Part shown: positions 36,401 to 44,094 of the stretch, piece after piece
Position numbering within the stretch: the stretch's first letter is position 1
Layout of the letters: each line of letters starts with the position of its first letter
Source: Bacteroidales bacterium
GTDB taxonomy: Bacteria > Bacteroidota > Bacteroidia > Bacteroidales > Paludibacteraceae
Reading direction: 5' to 3'
DNA: 56,471 nucleotides
Assembly: GCA_900766775.1 (NCBI GenBank)
Contig: CAAFXN010000080.1
Span: 1-56,471, forward strand
Program-made: the position numbers and the translations under genes
Notes under the pieces: model-generated
Databases searched by the model: none
Seen by the model: only the letters and a program-made list of their open reading frames with translations
Told to the model about the DNA's origin: nothing

Positions 36401-37054
36401 CTTCGTCGGGTCAATCTTCGTCAGCGTGCGGGTGTAGTAAGCGTCGAACGAGCGCAACTCCGGGTACTTCGTCATGTCGAAGTTCGGGTCCAGATAGCCC
36501 ACCATCGGAATCTCGAGCAACTGCAAAAGCGGTTTCTCACCTATCACCAGCGGCGTAGCCTCCGTGAAGGGGTTGTCCGACACATACAGAGCACGAATCT
36601 TGGTGTTCTTGCTCAAATCAATATCCGTCAACTCGTTATGGTTCAAGTTCAGGATATCCAAGTTGGTCAGTCGGGTAAAGTCCGCAGAGGTCAAATAGCA
36701 GCCTTCCGCATTGATATAACTAATCGCTTCCGGCTTGTCGCCATAGATACGAACCGTCGCATTCTTGTCCACCGTACAGTAGATGAGCGTCCCCAGCGTG
36801 TTGTCTTCCGGGTTAGCCTTCAGTTCATACTCCACCTTGCCAAAACCGCAGTCCACGTCAAGATACATATCCTCCACAGCGCCTATCACCAGCGAAATCT
36901 GGTTGTTAGCACCTGCCAAATCGTAGATACTGGTTTTCAGCGTGATGATTGGCTCCTCATCTGCCGTAGTACGTGCGAAGAGCGTGCTTGTTGCTCCGAG
37001 GCACACCGCCAGCGCCATCACCCGAAGCATAGAGTAAAATTTGTTTGTTTTCAT
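33416..37054 (-). CDS. secreted leucine-rich-repeat protein (1212 aa) with short C-terminal sorting-type tail
   Basis: Signal peptide MLRVMALAVCLGATSTLFA. Many LRRs (LTNLDILNLNHNELTDIDLSKN..., LRELTLSNTSLYSIDLTYNRLLEVLDLSHNNL...). The tail is RKYMQDGVLLIEREGKTYTVLGETLR. Confidence 0.88.
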   Translation of the reverse strand: MKTNKFYSMLRVMALAVCLGATSTLFARTTADEEPIITLKTSIYDLAGANNQISLVIGAVEDMYLDVDCGFGKVEYELKANPEDNTLGTLIYCTVDKNATVRIYGDKPEAISYINAEGCYLTSADFTRLTNLDILNLNHNELTDIDLSKNTKIRALYVSDNPFTEATPLVIGEKPLLQLLEIPMVGYLDPNFDMTKYPELRSFDAYYTRTLTKIDPTKCPNLMQLTLEMTDVASVDVTKNPHLRILNVSETKVTELDLSQNRELLELYCTHVSGFVNKGAYKFKTLDVSNSRWLYRLNCAGNALTTLNFYHPTPTDSAGLVSLDASDNYLTHMDLSNQNYLNYVHIQNNCMDFVTLPLDSNVWQDYQYAQRDLPMEPVYKEGTTIDFSKRVMRDGFLTSAIMYAIPMNTTDSFVMLDESYFSFDDETGVVTLKQAYPDSVVIEFSNTGFPGADLFTEPFMIKTEADYGQPTKVMSFTTYESPVSFSIGLYGASEENPITFWVDLGTQELKPFVAKSETTPVEANVSGAKGYGPVAVYVPDGTNISALSIKNLYVSSIDLSQLNTLRELTLSNTSLYSIDLTYNRLLEVLDLSHNNLTSLNLEGENDYFNKNLLHTLDISYNSIDNTGYNAANFKLSPLLAMLHFNAAHNQLGDIDFSDADNLLTLDVSDNNMERLDFQHCTALDTVRASNNLLSEIILPEEDNIRYMDITSNRFTLANLPRHNAKLTEAGYLYAPQADIQIATMGPCTDLGAQMVDIDGKSTVLTWLREDGTTLTEGTDYTIKNGFTRFLKEDLGKVYCEISHPDYPAFTGDKVLKTTKMQVAGMPTNKIASFVTAKDSDVVSLSLAAAKEGTSLYFDWEGNDNVVQYLLGTTYRLFSASTHKGVTVNVYTYEPTDTITVFSMTGATLSSFDGSKLLASTLTLQRAGLANLVMPENKSLMRELNLSGNALTTFNPSDYPNLYSLALTENQLTTLDLTNNEAIGLVGAASNKIASVKLKNSNLWYLDLSGNELTAIQVDTTTVPNMQQLGLNNNYLHTLDVASLEGLRALAIVGNRFDFSTLPPILPQYMVYNYSGQAMLEVELQDEKIIDLSTQAMVGDSATTFTWYLGEPLFNYDTYEWEGEVLIPGKEYTLENGVTTFLKPFDDVICLLTNPAFPDVYLYTDYFDVLESMQGISQTESAAPTQVRKYMQDGVLLIEREGKTYTVLGETLR

Positions 37055-37059
37055 ATTAT

Positions 37060-37128
37060 GTCATTTTATGTTTGTCACTTTGTGTTCGTCATTGCATGTT
37101 GGCATTTCATGTTCGTCATTGCATGTTA
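37060..37128. repeat. 14-bp array x5 abutting the LRR gene start codon
   Basis: Units gtcattttatgttt, gtcactttgtgttc, gtcattgcatgttg, gcatttcatgttc and gtcattgcatgtta. Confidence 0.8.
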
Positions 37129-37154
37129 GTCCTATAATGGCGATATAACTGCCC

Positions 37155-37223
37155 AACGTGAAACGATTAACAGGAACTGCCAACGTGAAACGATTAACGT
37201 GAAACGCCTAACGTGAAACGCGC
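37155..37223. repeat. AACGTGAAACGnnn 14-bp repeat (1 + 3 tandem copies)
   Basis: Copies at 37155-37168, 37182-37195, 37196-37209 and 37210-37223. The last copy ends 2 nt before the S8 peptidase stop codon. Confidence 0.8.
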
Positions 37224-37225
37224 AA

Positions 37226-39613
37226 CTATCTCACTACCATCTTCCCGCTATACATACCATTCGCGCGCACCACGTAAGTACCTGCTGCCCAGCCCGTTGC
37301 GTCGATATTCGCCTCGTCGCCTTGCACCGCAAAACGCGTTACCTCCTTGCCGGCTATGTCATATACCGCCACCTCCATCGAGCGTGCACCACCCAAGAAG
37401 ATGTTGAAATGCCGCAAGTCATCGCTTGTCAGCAGCAGTTGGCTGTTACCCGCCGCCGTGCTACCTATGCCCATACCGTTGCGGCGCAGCACCTCTTTCA
37501 AGCCCGCCAGCGCGTCAAACTTGCCATATCCCCATCGCGGGTCGTCGTTCACATCCGCGTCGCGCCGTGCAGTCTTGCTGATGATATCCTTCACGTCCGC
37601 CAGCGTCAGCGTCGGGTCTGCCTCCAGCCACAGGGCTATACCGCCTGCCACCACAGGGCAAGCCATAGAAGTGCCCAAACACTGCATCCAATAGTACGTA
37701 TTCGAACCCGATTTCGATGATGCCTGCAAGTTGGCAGGATAAGCACCTATGCCCGTATAGTCCGCATAAGGCTTGCTCAGCGCCGAGATAATCGTTGCCC
37801 CGGGCGCGCATACCTCCGGCAGTTTCTTGCCTGTTATCGTGGTGCCGTATGAGGTGAAACTGCTCACTTTCCCGGGCGCCAACGCACCCTGATAGCCGTA
37901 CACCTTCTTATCCAGCGACGCGAACTCGTCGCGCGAGTTGTACGAACCCACCACCAAGATTCCGTCTCCGCATGCCATATCGCTTATCGAGCCGTCGCTC
38001 GAGCCGTTCTGCCAACCTTCCTGCGCATAGTCGCTCAGCGTCGTGAAAGAGCCGTCACAGTAGCAGTCGATACGCTGCCCTGCCTTCCCGCTCACCACAA
38101 AGCCTAAGATATACTTGCCGTTGTTCTTCGCTGTGTTGTCCTCTACGAAATAATCCACTATCGCATAGTAGCGTCCCGAGTAGTCATCTACCAAGCCTCC
38201 CACACCCACATAGCCATTGAAAGCATTGGTAAAATTGGTGTGAGTCAAGTCGCCTTCGCTCGCATAATCCGGCGAAGCATAGTAAATCGGTTGGTTGTTA
38301 TTGCTGCCCGGCGCATACGGAGCCTCAAAGGTAATCGTACCGCGGTCTTTGTTGTATATCACCGCCTTGATGGTGAACGGCGTGCTATCGTTGCTATACA
38401 CATACACCTGCCCGTAGCGCAAGTTCGTATATGTATAAGCCACGCTCCCATCCTCGTTGTTAACATCATATTCCGGATACATCGGCTGCACAAAGGTCTT
38501 CACTTCTTTTTGGTCTTCCGTCAGCGTGCTGCTCACCACCAGTGGCAGGTCGCCTTCATTTCCCGCTGCCACGCAAATAGTAACCTTGTCTTGCGCCTCT
38601 GCGGCTGCCATATACTCGCTAATCATGCTCGTACCATCGTGAGGTCCCGTAGTACCTCCCAGCGACAAGTTAATCACCTTCGGCATTTTCATGGAATAGG
38701 CGTACTCCAGCACCACCTCCATACCGATGGCGATGTAGAAGTCTTGCAGCGTACCACAACTGGCAATGATATCGCTTTCCGTCGCCATACCGTAATAGGG
38801 ATTGGCTTTCGTATTCAGCACCACGCCGTTGGCGGTTGCCTCTGCCACGGTGGAAGTGCCGGTATAGCCGCCCGCCATCGTGCCCAAGGTGTGCGTACCA
38901 TGAAAGGTCGTCGGGTCGTCCGTGGTAAATTTGTCCATGTTAGAGGTATTATACCCATCCACCTTCGCAGCATTTGGGTTGCTCGGGTCTGGCGTAACAT
39001 ACGCCAAGTACTGCACACGCGAGGTACCATCTGCTCGCTTGAACATCACATGGTTAGGGTCCAGTCCGGCATCCACGATACCCGTCACCACGCCCCTGCC
39101 CGTGTATGCCTGCGACAGCCCTGTGCCCGCATGGATAGCATCCACACCCGTCAGGGCGCGAGCGATGTCGTTCATCGGCTTCACCGCACGAGGCAACTGC
39201 ATCTGTCTAATCACACGCGATTGCGCCGCTATCGTCTCCACCTCGTCCAGAGGCATAGACACCAGCGCGATATTCCCGCGCATAGCCTGCACCAGCAAGC
39301 CCTCTGCCTCCAGTTGCTCACGCGTAGTCCCCTCTTTCACACGCACCATCGCCCCCACCATACGGCACTCGCCATGACCAGCGTCCGATAACCCCGCCTC
39401 ATCACCTCTCAATGGAGACTTCCTGCTCTGCGCTTTCACCAGCGGGGAGCCGGAGTAGTCCCTCATCTCCCGCAGTGCCGCACGGCTCTGCAAGTCCAAC
39501 TGGGCGCCGCTTGGCTCGACTTGGCTCTGACCACTGACCACTGACCTCTGACCACTAATCACCAAACTCAGGCACAACGCCAATACACTAAGTAATCCTT
39601 TTCTCATATTCAT
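37226..39613 (-). CDS. S8 family (subtilisin-like) serine peptidase with canonical T9SS C-terminal domain
   Basis: Catalytic triad contexts VTGIVDAGLD, HGTHTLGTMAG and GTSMACPVVAGG. Signal peptide MRKGLLSVLALCLSLVISG. C-terminus ...VAVYDIAGKEVTRFAVQGDEANIDATGWAAGTYVVRANGMYSGKMVVR. Confidence 0.9.
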   Translation of the reverse strand: MNMRKGLLSVLALCLSLVISGQRSVVSGQSQVEPSGAQLDLQSRAALREMRDYSGSPLVKAQSRKSPLRGDEAGLSDAGHGECRMVGAMVRVKEGTTREQLEAEGLLVQAMRGNIALVSMPLDEVETIAAQSRVIRQMQLPRAVKPMNDIARALTGVDAIHAGTGLSQAYTGRGVVTGIVDAGLDPNHVMFKRADGTSRVQYLAYVTPDPSNPNAAKVDGYNTSNMDKFTTDDPTTFHGTHTLGTMAGGYTGTSTVAEATANGVVLNTKANPYYGMATESDIIASCGTLQDFYIAIGMEVVLEYAYSMKMPKVINLSLGGTTGPHDGTSMISEYMAAAEAQDKVTICVAAGNEGDLPLVVSSTLTEDQKEVKTFVQPMYPEYDVNNEDGSVAYTYTNLRYGQVYVYSNDSTPFTIKAVIYNKDRGTITFEAPYAPGSNNNQPIYYASPDYASEGDLTHTNFTNAFNGYVGVGGLVDDYSGRYYAIVDYFVEDNTAKNNGKYILGFVVSGKAGQRIDCYCDGSFTTLSDYAQEGWQNGSSDGSISDMACGDGILVVGSYNSRDEFASLDKKVYGYQGALAPGKVSSFTSYGTTITGKKLPEVCAPGATIISALSKPYADYTGIGAYPANLQASSKSGSNTYYWMQCLGTSMACPVVAGGIALWLEADPTLTLADVKDIISKTARRDADVNDDPRWGYGKFDALAGLKEVLRRNGMGIGSTAAGNSQLLLTSDDLRHFNIFLGGARSMEVAVYDIAGKEVTRFAVQGDEANIDATGWAAGTYVVRANGMYSGKMVVR
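39529..39563. repeat. GACCWCT heptad array (5 units) inside the S8 peptidase CDS
   Basis: Plus strand reads gaccact gaccact gacctct gaccact aatcacc. It encodes SGQRSVVSGQSQ directly after the signal peptide. The motif is the same as in the 5-prime-leader array at 54668-54723. Confidence 0.7.
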
Positions 39614-39678
39614 ATTGTTAGTATTTTTCCGTTTTTTCTTTCATTCTGTCATCCTCTCTATTCTGCCTTCTTCTTCGA

Positions 39679-39722
39679 GACTATAAGCAGACCATAAGCC
39701 GACCATAACCTGACCTTACCGA
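39679..39722. repeat. 11-bp array x4 (gacYataagcM-like)
   Basis: Units gactataagca, gaccataagcc, gaccataacct and gaccttaccga, in the S8 gene leader. Confidence 0.7.
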
Positions 39723-39869
39723 ATAACAATCTGTTACCGAACAAAAACCATGCCATATCATTTTGTTATTTGCCTCTCCGTCAACGGGTGCCGGAGCTCC
39801 GTTGCTTGCGGCGGAAGGCACCTGTCGGCAGGCAGGATGGTCTTCATATAAAAAGAAGATTTCCGCCTG

Positions 39870-39877
39870 CAAAGATA
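39870..39877 (-). promoter_or_regulatory. -7 promoter box (TAtcTTTG) for the S8 peptidase gene
   Basis: Exact TAnnTTTG on the minus strand, about 255 nt upstream of the ATG at 39613. Confidence 0.4.
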
Positions 39878-40021
39878 CTACATTTTTCTGATACTGCCAA
39901 ATAATTCATTACCAAAAATCGCATAATTATGCGCTTTTAACTTTTCCGCCCTTCTCTATCAACAAAGCAGCGTTCGGACTTTGCAGTCCAAACGCCACTC
40001 AATTACCACACTATCAATAGG

Positions 40022-42061
40022 TTATCGTGTTACTGCGTTACCCAGTACATCAAACATCTCCTCGCCGCGAATAATCAACACACGCCCATCGCGAACAACC
40101 TTCGTAGCCTTCACGCTCTCAACAGTCTCCTGCATAGCGGTAGCACTGCTGCGGGGGATAAACTGAATAGCACCCGAGGCGGTAATGGTTAGCGTGCATA
40201 CACCATCCACAGGGGTAACCACCTGCTCGTTGTACTTCACTGCCAAATCATCGGCAGCCGCACCAAGGTCCAAATCAATCTGCGTACCTTGCAGCACCTT
40301 CATAGGAGTACCCTCTTCTGCCGGACTCGAGAACATAAAAAACCAAGTATCCATCGGCACCTCGGTAATAACATCCTTCGTCATCACAAGACCTTCGCCC
40401 GCATCATCAATCAACAACTCCATAGCATTTGCATAGTCTTCATCCCCACTTGCATATGCATCATAGTCCTCTGTTAGCGTAATCTCATAGGTCTCCGGTG
40501 CAGCACCGAAATAAGCCTTCACCACATCCCCGTCGTTCAGTTTCTGATAGAAAGACATCGTGCTTGCTGCATATACGGTATCGTTGATATACACTACACC
40601 ATTCACTCCATTGAATGCAAAGCCAAACATCGCTTCCGATTCTGCAAACTCCACCACTGTATAGCCGTCTATTCCGCTTGTACCTAAAGTTACTACTTGC
40701 GAGCGCATGCTACCATCTGCTGCACGAATAACATTTCCCCCATTAACCAATGCTGCATTACCCTCAATATAGATAGCGCACTTTCTATCGCGCTCAAGCC
40801 CCTTCGTTCGAATAGTAAACGCTTGATCTGCTGCCACAGGAATGGCTTTCGGCGAATATACTTTCACGCCATCGGGCACATAAGAACTATAATCTACATC
40901 GTTATTATCTACAAACGATACCAACGTCGCACCACCTGCTAACTTCACAAAGATATTAGGAGTCTTTGCTAATACAATATCTATCGTATTCACACCTTTG
41001 GTCAGCACAATATCCGTTTCTTCGTATGTATTCCCTTTTTTAATAGTTACATTAGCAGGGTCATCCACATCAATGGTAAACTGTACAGTCTCAAACTTCG
41101 TTGCACCCACAACAATCGTCTGTGCAGTCTCTGTAGTTACCGTGAAACTGTAACCATAGCCATACGACCATTGGCTATATTGACCTACTTCAACAGTCGT
41201 TCCATTTACTGTCAACGAAGTAAAGGAATAATCATTCAAATTACCCCAGAATTGCACGGTAGAACCTAATTTCACTGTCCAACCATCAGCCATCGCTGTT
41301 TTAACATCCACTTCCACACCATCCACGGTTACTTTGTTGATTGCCGCAACGGTACCGCTAAAAGAAACAGGCACATCAACATCGGGGAAGTTCGTTTCAA
41401 TTCTTACTTTATTACCATTTGAAGGAGTAATATAATAGTAGCCGTTGGTCTCCGCCACAGCATTCCCATCCAAGGTTACTTTGTATAGGGTCTTGCTTGC
41501 GCGTACCTGCAGAGGTAGGTCTTTCATCAGTGTACTCGTGCTCGGCGCAAAAGCCACCTCAGTCTCTTGGTTACTCGTCAAACTGATAGTAGAATTATCT
41601 GCACGAGTGCAATTAACAACGCTCGCATCATCCACCCAAATAGTGCACTTCGCGCTACGCTCCTCAGCAATCACAAACGAAGTAATGGTATATACATAAC
41701 CATCACTTAAAGAGGGAGTCAAACTCGTAATGGAACCACTAATTTGATTCTCATAGGTAATTCCATTATAGGTATAGGCAAAGGTTCCAACGATACCATA
41801 TGCAGCATCTTTCACGCCAAAAGACAAATAAGCATTATCATACTCTCCGTAATCGGATGCCAAGAACTTTATTTGGTTATCACCATTCTTAAACTCTGTT
41901 TGCGCGGCATCTACAAAATGAAAGGTAGAAGCAGAAACAGATACACGCGATACATCATCAATGTTCACCGTTACCGTCATATCACTGCGAAGACTTGCAT
42001 TCGCCGTGAAAGAAAAACTTGCGGCAACAAAAGCCAACAATAAAGAATACAATTTTTTCAT
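40022..42061 (-). CDS. secreted protein of unknown function (679 aa) with short C-terminal sorting-type tail
   Basis: Start set at MKKLYSLLLAFVAASFSFTANA. The body is beta-rich and repetitive with no recognisable catalytic motif. The tail is TKVVRDGRVLIIRGEEMFDVLGNAVTR. Confidence 0.8.
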   Translation of the reverse strand: MKKLYSLLLAFVAASFSFTANASLRSDMTVTVNIDDVSRVSVSASTFHFVDAAQTEFKNGDNQIKFLASDYGEYDNAYLSFGVKDAAYGIVGTFAYTYNGITYENQISGSITSLTPSLSDGYVYTITSFVIAEERSAKCTIWVDDASVVNCTRADNSTISLTSNQETEVAFAPSTSTLMKDLPLQVRASKTLYKVTLDGNAVAETNGYYYITPSNGNKVRIETNFPDVDVPVSFSGTVAAINKVTVDGVEVDVKTAMADGWTVKLGSTVQFWGNLNDYSFTSLTVNGTTVEVGQYSQWSYGYGYSFTVTTETAQTIVVGATKFETVQFTIDVDDPANVTIKKGNTYEETDIVLTKGVNTIDIVLAKTPNIFVKLAGGATLVSFVDNNDVDYSSYVPDGVKVYSPKAIPVAADQAFTIRTKGLERDRKCAIYIEGNAALVNGGNVIRAADGSMRSQVVTLGTSGIDGYTVVEFAESEAMFGFAFNGVNGVVYINDTVYAASTMSFYQKLNDGDVVKAYFGAAPETYEITLTEDYDAYASGDEDYANAMELLIDDAGEGLVMTKDVITEVPMDTWFFMFSSPAEEGTPMKVLQGTQIDLDLGAAADDLAVKYNEQVVTPVDGVCTLTITASGAIQFIPRSSATAMQETVESVKATKVVRDGRVLIIRGEEMFDVLGNAVTR

Positions 42062-42140
42062 AAGCATAAAGAATTTATTTAGTTTAACATCCGTTAAGTG
42101 CAACACTATCGCTCTCACATGACTCTACACCCAACGGCGG

Positions 42141-42148
42141 CAAAGTTA
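42141..42148 (-). promoter_or_regulatory. -7 promoter box (TAacTTTG) for the 679-aa gene
   Basis: Exact TAnnTTTG on the minus strand, 80 nt upstream of the ATG at 42061. Confidence 0.4.
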
Positions 42149-42379
42149 CAAAAACAAAGTCGAACCATCGTACAAAATAGGTATAAAAAATCATAATTAT
42201 ACATTTTTGTCATATTTTCTACTTCAAATGCTCTCCTTTCCCACCTGTTTTCCACGTTGTTTTGCCCCCAATCCCATCCTCCTACGCTCCCGCTTCCGAG
42301 GATAGTCAGGAGAGGTCTAAGGCTAACCTAAGGCTTGCGCAAAATGAGAGCAGAAGTAGCGGATTTGTCCTCTTGATTT

Positions 42380-43063
42380 TCAGGGTCTGATTACGACTTT
42401 TTTCTTCCTTATCTCCTCCCACACCCGTTCTACGGGCAAGCCCATCACGTTGAAATAAGAGCCCACGATTTTCGTTACCCCCACATAGCCAATCCACTCC
42501 TGCACCCCGTAGGCTCCTGCCTTATCCAGCGGACGGTAACGCTCCACATAATAGTCTATCTCCTCTTCCGCCAGCGCCCGAAACCACACCTCCGTCTTAT
42601 CGACAATCGTCTGCATCCCCTCTCGCGTCTTCAGCGTTACCCCTGTATAAACCTCATGCATGCGCCCGCTCAACAGCCGTAGCATCCCCCGCGCCTCTTC
42701 CTCATCCCTCGGCTTCCCCAGCATAACACCACTGGGGACGCAGTTGAACTCCCCCGCCCCGCTTGCGGGGAGGGGGCAGGGGGCGGGGAACTCAAAGCAT
42801 TGCGGTCTCCAGGTCGCACCCATAGACTCCCCTTCCTCGGGCACCCAAACAATAGTATCCGCCGTCAGCAGGACTTCATCCTCCGCTAACGGCTCACCAT
42901 AAGCCTCCGCTTTCGCACGCGATATATAGTAAGGAATATCCCCGCCCGTGAGCCCCTCGGGGTAATGCTCATCGGCATCAATAGTAACCACACGAAAATC
43001 CACATCCAGCCCCGCCAACAACTCTCTTCTCCGAGGCGACTGACTACCTAACAGTATCTTCAT
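42380..43063 (-). CDS. maf: Maf family nucleoside triphosphate pyrophosphatase (with internal insertion)
   Basis: Maf-type motifs: MKILLGSQSPRRRELL, ADTIV...MLGKPRDEEEARGMLRLLSGRMHEVYTGV and DKAGAYGVQE. Its ATG overlaps the UbiA-family stop codon (ATGA). Confidence 0.9.
   Translation of the reverse strand: MKILLGSQSPRRRELLAGLDVDFRVVTIDADEHYPEGLTGGDIPYYISRAKAEAYGEPLAEDEVLLTADTIVWVPEEGESMGATWRPQCFEFPAPCPLPASGAGEFNCVPSGVMLGKPRDEEEARGMLRLLSGRMHEVYTGVTLKTREGMQTIVDKTEVWFRALAEEEIDYYVERYRPLDKAGAYGVQEWIGYVGVTKIVGSYFNVMGLPVERVWEEIRKKKVVIRP
42752..42788. repeat. 37-bp GC-rich palindromic element inserted in frame in maf
   Basis: Termini ccccgcccc / ggggcgggg are reverse complements. AACTC flanks both sides (42747-42751 and 42789-42793). 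The head matches the intergenic copies at 4634 and 51615. Confidence 0.7.
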
Positions 43064-44019
43064 AGTCCCCGTGCAACAACAAAACTATACAACACACCCA
43101 TAAACATCACGAACTTCATAAGCAACTGCGCCGTGCGATAGTCCGAAGGTATCTTGGCTGCCCACAGCAGTACCAACTCGCACACCAGCGGCGTCAGCAG
43201 ACCAAACACGATATAGCGTGTTGAGAGTGTTGCCCACTCCTGCGGGAAAGGCAGCCATGCATACCACGCATACCCAATCATCCCTATCGCCAGCAGCAGC
43301 AGGATGGTAACCACCACCTTCGTCCTCACCTCCCCAAACCGTATCGGCAGCGTGTGGCACTCCAGTTCCCTGTCGCCCATCTGGTCTTGCAAGTCCTTGA
43401 TAATCTCACGGATAAGCGTGCAGAGGAATGCAAATAGCCCAAACCCGCACATCCACGCATACAGGTCATGCGGCACGTTTGTGAACTGCATGAGGTTGGC
43501 ATATCGCACCTTCATCAGGCTCACGTTCGCCAACGCCACCAGCAGAGGCGTCAGCGCCGTCGTCAGCGCAACTATCAGATTACCAATCAAGAACAGCCGC
43601 TTGTAACTCGACGAGTAGAACCACAGCAGCCCGGGTACCAGCACGAATATCGTTGCCAGCGACCAACTCCTGCACACCCATGCCACCGCCAGCCCGCACA
43701 CCACGCCGGCGCTGCTCAGCCCCGTACTCAGCCACATCGCAGTATCCTTGCTCACCGACTGCGTAACTATCAGTCTGTCAGGGCGATTGATACGGTCTAT
43801 CTTCACGTCGAAATAGTCGTTCACCACATACCCGCCGGCAGCAATCAGCACCGTCGCCAATATCAACAGCAGCAACAGCCACCATGGCAACTGCTCCTCG
43901 AAACGCCACCGCCACAGCACCGGCACCGCCACCCATTTCTCCATTGCCCACAGCAAGATAGCGATAAACACCAAGTTACCGCCCCGCACCAACTGCCATA
44001 TATCCCGCACTCGCTGCAT
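43060..44019 (-). CDS. UbiA family prenyltransferase
   Basis: 319 aa and polytopic. It carries the NDYFDVKIDRINRPDR Asp-rich motif. Confidence 0.85.
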   Translation of the reverse strand: MQRVRDIWQLVRGGNLVFIAILLWAMEKWVAVPVLWRWRFEEQLPWWLLLLLILATVLIAAGGYVVNDYFDVKIDRINRPDRLIVTQSVSKDTAMWLSTGLSSAGVVCGLAVAWVCRSWSLATIFVLVPGLLWFYSSSYKRLFLIGNLIVALTTALTPLLVALANVSLMKVRYANLMQFTNVPHDLYAWMCGFGLFAFLCTLIREIIKDLQDQMGDRELECHTLPIRFGEVRTKVVVTILLLLAIGMIGYAWYAWLPFPQEWATLSTRYIVFGLLTPLVCELVLLWAAKIPSDYRTAQLLMKFVMFMGVLYSFVVARGL

Positions 44020-44043
44020 AATTCACATCTTCCAATTCAAGGA

Positions 44044-44094
44044 GGGACGGTTCCCATGCCGTCCCCCTCTTAATTCATAATTCTTAATTCTTAC
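44044..44094. repeat. hairpin plus WTAATTC heptads
   Basis: gggacgg ttcccatg ccgtccc, followed by ttaattc ataattc ttaattc. The heptads supply the last codons and the stop of the amylase gene. Confidence 0.6.
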
